Of a stretch of 64,000 nt of DNA, positions 59,228 through 64,000 are shown piece by piece (position 1 is the stretch's first letter; each line of letters begins with the position of its first letter). The notes below the pieces were generated by a model. It did not search any database, had not been told where the DNA came from, and saw only the letters and a program-made list of their open reading frames with translations. The stretch lies in the IMG/VR virus record IMGVR_UViG_3300006802_000086, positions 1 to 64,000 of that record. One strand, 5' to 3'. This stretch comes from a virus. A program made the position numbers and the translations under genes.

Positions 59228-61573
59228 ATGAAAATAACACGTAGACAGTTAAGTACATTGATAGAAAATTACTTAAAGCAAGATAATATACTTTTTGAAA
59301 TAAAAAAGAAATCATTTAATCAGTTTATAGCAAGAGGTTTAATGACCCAGCAAGAATTTGATATATACGTTTTTCGAAATGACTGGGTTGCGCCTTTTAC
59401 TGATCCTGTAATACGCAAAGTTCTCTTCAATACATTGAACGCTGATGAAGGGCATAGTGTTAGAGAAATTGCTGAGCGTGGTCAAGAGTTTTTGGAAAGA
59501 ATTGTTGATCTTGCCAGAACACCTGACCCGGACAACCCAGGTCAAAATATGCTCAAGTCCACACGCGTAAGAGGTACTTCAGGAGTTAATCCTAATGATA
59601 TCATAGATATAAATAGCAAGATAGATGTTGACAACCCTGACAATACAGCAGCAACTTATAATGATATGTCAAGCTACTTAGAGAACCGATCTGGTATTGC
59701 TAAGAGAGCTGACGTGCTAACAAACGCAATTCAGGCAGGATTTGACGGCACTGATACATCTAATTTTGAAGTAATTTCTGCACCGGGAAGCCCTTATGTT
59801 GTGACTTATCCTAAAACCTATAAAGGATCGATAGCTGTTGCACGTATGGGCCCAGACTTTCAGTATTACGATCCGAACACCTCTGCAGGTCGACAAGTGA
59901 TTGGAAAAATGACATGGTGTACATCAGTTGATAGTGCAGGAAACATGTTCTTAAATTATCACCGCGCACAAAATCTGCACATGTACTACTTAGTCAAAGT
60001 TAAAGACTATAACCCTACTAGCCCAGATAGAAAACTTTGCTTAAGTTTTGCCAAGACAGACTCCGGAGACGTAATATATCGAACCGGGCACTCATCTGTC
60101 GACGGAGATAACAAAGCACTAAGTGAGAAAGACGCAAAAGAATACATTGGCAAGTCATTGTTCGAAACAATTGTCAATGATGTCAAAAGACCAGAAAGAT
60201 TAGTAATCAATCCTGTAAAATACTACAAGTCAATAAATTTAGAGCAATATATTGACATGAGAAACGCACATCAGAATGAACAAGATACAAAGCTTTTTGC
60301 TAAAGAAGCTGAACAAATTGCAAAATATACAGAAAATAATGACATTATAAAAGCAATCCTAGGTGATAACAATCCAATTGTTTCAGGAGTTGCTTATCCT
60401 TATATAAAGGACAGTAAAGTCTTTGACTCAATTATAGAAAAAAGCAATGGAAACATAGATGTTTTTATTAACCTCTTTAAGGCAAAAGCACTACAACCTC
60501 AGCATATCAAGAAAATTTATATGACGTCTAGGCAAGGAGGAAAAGTTGATCCTGACATTATGGTATATGCTACAGAGCACGCATCAACGCCCCTCGATGT
60601 ATTGAATTTAGTTTTTGATGATGCGCTAAATGATCGGTTAATTCCAAAAGAGTCTGGTTTTAAAACGTATAATTCACTCTTTGTAATATGTCAATTAGTT
60701 AGGAGTAAAAATGCTTCATCTGATTTACTTAGAAAAGTGTATGCATATTTAGACAAAAATAGAAATATTGATTATACTAACAGCTATATTCCATTAATCG
60801 CTAGCCATCCAAACACACCTCCTGATTTAATTGCAAAAGAAATCGAAGGTCTAGTAACACCCTCAAGCAATCCTTTGTCAGCACACTCCGGAACATCATC
60901 GTCAGGTCATAGTAGGACAGATGCCGCGATGATGATAAGAAGAATCATCAGTGGTATTAGCAATGAAATGTTTGAAGCAATTGGTGAAAAAACATTTAAA
61001 AATATATTAGACTATTTTGTCATACAAGATTTTGCAAATTATCAACCGTTAGCTATAGCAAATCGATTTACAGAAAACCATAGATTGTCCTTGGAATATG
61101 CGCTAAAAATGTTTGAATATGCAATGTTTAAAGAAAACGAGCCTAAACCTCGAGGCAAAGAAAGTTTAACCTTAAAATGGGCAGATCTAGCAACTGCATT
61201 TGCTGAGAATCTATCAATGTACGTTTATCCTGTAAGCATTTATATTGATGAAAATCCACATTACAATGATTACATGATGGAAGTTGCAATGCCTCTCTCT
61301 GAACAAGACTTAAATGGTACAACAGAGATACATGGTCTTTTAAATGGATTTTATGGACAATCTCATACAATACAGCTCCAAAAGTCAATAGAAGAATATA
61401 TTCAAAAATATAGCGAACAGCCTGAAAACGATAATCCTGACTATAATATCTATGCACAACAGTTGTTGAAAATAGTGAAAGAAATAAATAGAAAAAAGCA
61501 GGAGTATGCTCAATATTCTCGAAGAACAGGGTTCCAATTCCCTAGCAAGTATAGCAATATGTTTGAATATTAA
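59228..61573 (+). CDS. Leader-bearing protein with WCT domain and LRV-like helical repeats
   Basis: MKITRRQLSTLIENYLKQ; MTWCTS..GNMFLNY; HASTPLDVL, SKNASSDLL, SHPNTPPDLI. Confidence 0.6.
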   Translation: MKITRRQLSTLIENYLKQDNILFEIKKKSFNQFIARGLMTQQEFDIYVFRNDWVAPFTDPVIRKVLFNTLNADEGHSVREIAERGQEFLERIVDLARTPDPDNPGQNMLKSTRVRGTSGVNPNDIIDINSKIDVDNPDNTAATYNDMSSYLENRSGIAKRADVLTNAIQAGFDGTDTSNFEVISAPGSPYVVTYPKTYKGSIAVARMGPDFQYYDPNTSAGRQVIGKMTWCTSVDSAGNMFLNYHRAQNLHMYYLVKVKDYNPTSPDRKLCLSFAKTDSGDVIYRTGHSSVDGDNKALSEKDAKEYIGKSLFETIVNDVKRPERLVINPVKYYKSINLEQYIDMRNAHQNEQDTKLFAKEAEQIAKYTENNDIIKAILGDNNPIVSGVAYPYIKDSKVFDSIIEKSNGNIDVFINLFKAKALQPQHIKKIYMTSRQGGKVDPDIMVYATEHASTPLDVLNLVFDDALNDRLIPKESGFKTYNSLFVICQLVRSKNASSDLLRKVYAYLDKNRNIDYTNSYIPLIASHPNTPPDLIAKEIEGLVTPSSNPLSAHSGTSSSGHSRTDAAMMIRRIISGISNEMFEAIGEKTFKNILDYFVIQDFANYQPLAIANRFTENHRLSLEYALKMFEYAMFKENEPKPRGKESLTLKWADLATAFAENLSMYVYPVSIYIDENPHYNDYMMEVAMPLSEQDLNGTTEIHGLLNGFYGQSHTIQLQKSIEEYIQKYSEQPENDNPDYNIYAQQLLKIVKEINRKKQEYAQYSRRTGFQFPSKYSNMFEY

Positions 61574-61574
61574 A

Positions 61575-61603
61575 ATGTAATTAGTGCAATAGTTTAATAT
61601 AAT
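61575..61603 (+). promoter_or_regulatory. Sigma70-like promoter
   Basis: ATGTAA-N17-TATAAT. Confidence 0.7.
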
Positions 61604-61624
61604 ATTACCAAAAGAGGTAATACT

Positions 61625-62536
61625 ATGTCATACACTACACCAATAAACTATATTTTTATTGAAGGGCCTGACTGCAGTGGGAAAACAACACTTTATGAAA
61701 TGATCCACAAAGAGTCAGGTTATCAATGGAATATTCAAGATCGATCAGCGTTATCAATGTTAATCCATGCCCGATATTATGGTCGTGATACATTTAATCA
61801 TGTTGAACAGTTAAAAAAAGAGCTATACAACATTAACAATCAGTTGGTTATATGTCTACCGGATTGGAAAGTGATTGTTGAACGATTTCAAAAACGCGGC
61901 GACCCTATTCAAAATATTACTAGCCTTCGCAAAATCTATGAACTGTTTGAAGAGGCAGTACAAGAGTTTCAAAACTATGCAAACGTAACAGTTATTAGAC
62001 ATGAAGTAAATAAGCACACAGTAAAAGATTTAGTTACATGGTTTAAATATTTTGAAAGACGTTCTTTGAGTGAGTTGCAAACTTATGTATTACAAACAGT
62101 TGCAGCAAGTGGTAAAAAAGAAGCTTTAGGTTTTAATTTTGTTCATTATGACACCGGTGATTTTAATGATATTAATAAACAGATGTTATTGTATGATAAA
62201 GAAAAAGATTATTATCAAAAAATTGAGACTGCAGTTTTTGACAAGATTAAATCAGAAATGAAAGGAGAAAACGAATATGAAAGACCGGAAGAATTGGACT
62301 CGAGAAGATTTATTTATACTGATGATTCTTGTATTAGTCTTGCTCATTTTTTAGTTCGTGACGGTTATATGGATGCTAAATTCTTTTTGCGATCATCAAA
62401 TGTTAAAGATACATTGCGATATGATTTAAATTTTGTTAAACACTTGTCAGGCGAGGTTTTTCGTTATTTCAAATGCGATAGACAAGGTGACTATTGCAAA
62501 ATTGAAGTTGTCATTAATTCAGGACATGTAATATAA
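61625..62536 (+). CDS. dNMP kinase fused to a thymidylate-synthase-like catalytic core
   Basis: IEGPDCSGKTT, QDRS..S..Y, RGD; C-terminal DSRRF..SCI..HFLVRDG..FLRSSNV...RYDL...SGHV. Confidence 0.7.
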   Translation: MSYTTPINYIFIEGPDCSGKTTLYEMIHKESGYQWNIQDRSALSMLIHARYYGRDTFNHVEQLKKELYNINNQLVICLPDWKVIVERFQKRGDPIQNITSLRKIYELFEEAVQEFQNYANVTVIRHEVNKHTVKDLVTWFKYFERRSLSELQTYVLQTVAASGKKEALGFNFVHYDTGDFNDINKQMLLYDKEKDYYQKIETAVFDKIKSEMKGENEYERPEELDSRRFIYTDDSCISLAHFLVRDGYMDAKFFLRSSNVKDTLRYDLNFVKHLSGEVFRYFKCDRQGDYCKIEVVINSGHVI

Positions 62537-62548
62537 AAAAGGAGAGAG

Positions 62549-62722
62549 ATGATTAAAACGTTAATGCTAACAGCCATGTTAGCCAATCCACAAGTTGAAG
62601 AAATTCGACCAGACAATGAAAAGAAAATTAAAACAATTGCAATTTCTGCAACTTTTATTATTGTTGTAAACTTACTGGCATATTCACCAATCATTGCAGC
62701 AAACATTAACAAAGGAGAATAA
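62549..62722 (+). CDS. Small membrane protein (57 aa), missing from the ORF track
   Basis: SD AAGGAG; hydrophobic IAISATFIIVVNLLAYSPIIAA; fills the operon gap. Confidence 0.55.
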   Translation: MIKTLMLTAMLANPQVEEIRPDNEKKIKTIAISATFIIVVNLLAYSPIIAANINKGE

Positions 62723-62725
62723 TAA

Positions 62726-62968
62726 ATGAAAAATGAAGATTTAATACCCGTAACGGATAACACATTGAAAGATTTTGTGAACGCAAGAAAAGAAAACAAA
62801 CCGATTGCGATACAGATGCAAAGATGGATAGAACACAAGAAGAAATATTTCTCAAATTTTCTATCTTATGCATTTGACAAAAAAGGAAATCTATATAGGC
62901 GAGATTTTTTAACAAAAAACGGATGGGTAAAAGTTAACACCCTAGACGAAAACGATCTAAAGAGGTAA
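62726..62968 (+). CDS. Hypothetical protein
   Basis: SD AAAGGAG; in operon. Confidence 0.55.
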   Translation: MKNEDLIPVTDNTLKDFVNARKENKPIAIQMQRWIEHKKKYFSNFLSYAFDKKGNLYRRDFLTKNGWVKVNTLDENDLKR

Positions 62969-62970
62969 TA

Positions 62971-63390
62971 ATGAAAGTTAAAATTAAAAAATTGCACACA
63001 GAGGCAGTAATTCCCCAATATGCAAAACCAGGTGATGCAGGTATGGATTTGACTGCGGTTCACGTTTCAACTGATCAATATGGTTGTTTTACATATCACA
63101 CAGGATTAGCAGTTGAGATACCACCTTGGCACGTTGGTCTCCTGTTTCCAAGATCTTCTATATATAAAACTGGACAAAGACTTACAAATTGTGTAGGCGT
63201 AATTGATAGCGGTTATAGAGGCGAAATCATGATGAAGTTCTCTCTATCAGCTAATCGCAATGAATATCAAATTGGTGATAGAATTGGTCAGCTAATTATT
63301 CTTCCATACCCTCAAATTAAGTTTGAAGAAGTCGACTCACTTGATAGTTCTGAACGCGGCGAAGGTGGTTATGGAAGCACCGGTAAATGA
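62971..63390 (+). CDS. dut: Trimeric dUTPase
   Basis: AGMDL, TGLA, PRSS, GVIDSGYRGEI, GDRIGQL, RGEGGYGSTG. Confidence 0.95.
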   Translation: MKVKIKKLHTEAVIPQYAKPGDAGMDLTAVHVSTDQYGCFTYHTGLAVEIPPWHVGLLFPRSSIYKTGQRLTNCVGVIDSGYRGEIMMKFSLSANRNEYQIGDRIGQLIILPYPQIKFEEVDSLDSSERGEGGYGSTGK

Positions 63391-63631
63391 AAAAAACATA
63401 AAACCTGGCGATTTTATTTTATTAAAAATAATGAACAGGTGGAAGAAGTATGAAGTATCAAGTGTTAAAGATGACTGGATTTATTTTAAAAATCCGGACG
63501 GAAAAGAGTTCGTTCTGAACACAAAAATACACACACATCATATGAAATATCCTAAAACTAAAAAAACAGAAAAAATCAAAGACAAAAAGAAAACAAAGAA
63601 AAAAACAACAAGGAAAAAGAAAAATGGGTGA
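63371..63631 (+). CDS. Small basic hypothetical protein (start uncertain)
   Basis: ATG 63371 preceded by GGTGG; Lys-rich tail. Confidence 0.45.
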   Translation: MEAPVNEKNIKPGDFILLKIMNRWKKYEVSSVKDDWIYFKNPDGKEFVLNTKIHTHHMKYPKTKKTEKIKDKKKTKKKTTRKKKNG

Positions 63632-64000
63632 ATACGATTTTATGATAAAAAGAATACAAAAATTAATTATTGATGTTCCGGACTTTCCAAAACCCGGAAT
63701 TTTGTTTAAAGATATATCGCCTATTTTTAGCGATCAAAGTGAGCTTCGAAATCTCATTACAGCACAAGCTCGCTTTATTAAAAACAACGGCCGAGACTTT
63801 GATAAAATCGTAGCAATAGAGTCACGAGGTTTTCTTTTAGGGACACTTCTTGCTTATGAAACCGGTTTACCCCTGGTGCTTGCTAGAAAAGCAGGAAAAC
63901 TACCTAGAGAAACTGTATCAGCCTCATATGGGTTAGAATACGGAAGTGATAAAATTGAAATTCATACCAGTGACATATTAGAAGACGAACATGTCTTGAT
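63624..64000 (+). CDS. apt: Adenine phosphoribosyltransferase (3'-truncated by window)
   Basis: Hand translation: DVPDFPKPGILFKDISP, AIESRGF, RKAGKLP, YGLEYGSD. Confidence 0.92.
   Translation, partial: MGEYDFMIKRIQKLIIDVPDFPKPGILFKDISPIFSDQSELRNLITAQARFIKNNGRDFDKIVAIESRGFLLGTLLAYETGLPLVLARKAGKLPRETVSASYGLEYGSDKIEIHTSDILEDEHVL

Noticed and set aside
63387-63401. ATGA-coupled start after dut giving MKKT-stop, a possible homopolymer frameshift
   Set aside because: An in-frame ATG at 63371 with a plausible SD explains the ORF without invoking an error
1-64000. Stop-codon reassignment
   Set aside because: Long conserved genes are intact in code 11, and TAA, TAG and TGA all end genes at expected positions; both breaks found are frame changes
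1-64000. Eukaryotic giant virus origin (suggested by the Nei and AT richness)
   Set aside because: Contractile tail genes, Shine-Dalgarno sites, sigma70-like promoters and peptidoglycan hydrolases indicate a bacteriophage
1-64000. tRNAs, CRISPR arrays, integrase/transposase, inteins or introns in dnaE, nrdJ, helicase or recA
   Set aside because: None recognised; intergenic gaps are short and these proteins have normal lengths. A covariance-model search was not possible

Overview
The whole window looks like part of a large, AT-rich (by eye about one-third GC) contractile-tailed dsDNA bacteriophage genome, jumbo-myovirus-like. It uses the standard genetic code and almost all genes lie on the + strand. 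The layout is: a tail/baseplate module (two tandem sheaths, tube, chaperone, tape measure, baseplate, 0-14.7 kb); replication and recombination genes (split mini-PolA, gp32-like SSB, RecA, 5'-3' exonuclease, DnaB-like helicase, class II RNR, DnaE); ClpP, Dps-like and amidase genes; a fibre/virion module (29.5-38.7 kb); and many nucleotide-metabolism genes. Best leads: (1) a dispersed set of otherwise unrelated proteins sharing an N-terminal 'M-K-I-x-x-x-(Q/E/D)-L-x-x-L-I-x...L-x-E' leader, which resembles a capsid-targeting and protease-cleavage signal. Their payloads include a metallopeptidase, membrane-helix proteins, helical-repeat proteins and a multi-enzyme cell-wall polyprotein. Most sit behind an AT-rich candidate late motif, while replication and metabolic genes use a WTGWAA-N17-TAnnnT promoter. 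(2) A candidate pyrimidine-modification pathway: Cys-type ThyX, a kinase fused to an Asp-type thymidylate-synthase-like domain, two all-alpha NTP pyrophosphatase domains, a HAD nucleotidase, a deoxyribosyltransferase and an NDP-sugar epimerase. (3) A phage copy of the gliding-motility protein CglF/GltF. (4) A putative frameshift in the tail chaperone and a frame-broken PolA. All family calls come from motif recognition by eye; no database searches were run.
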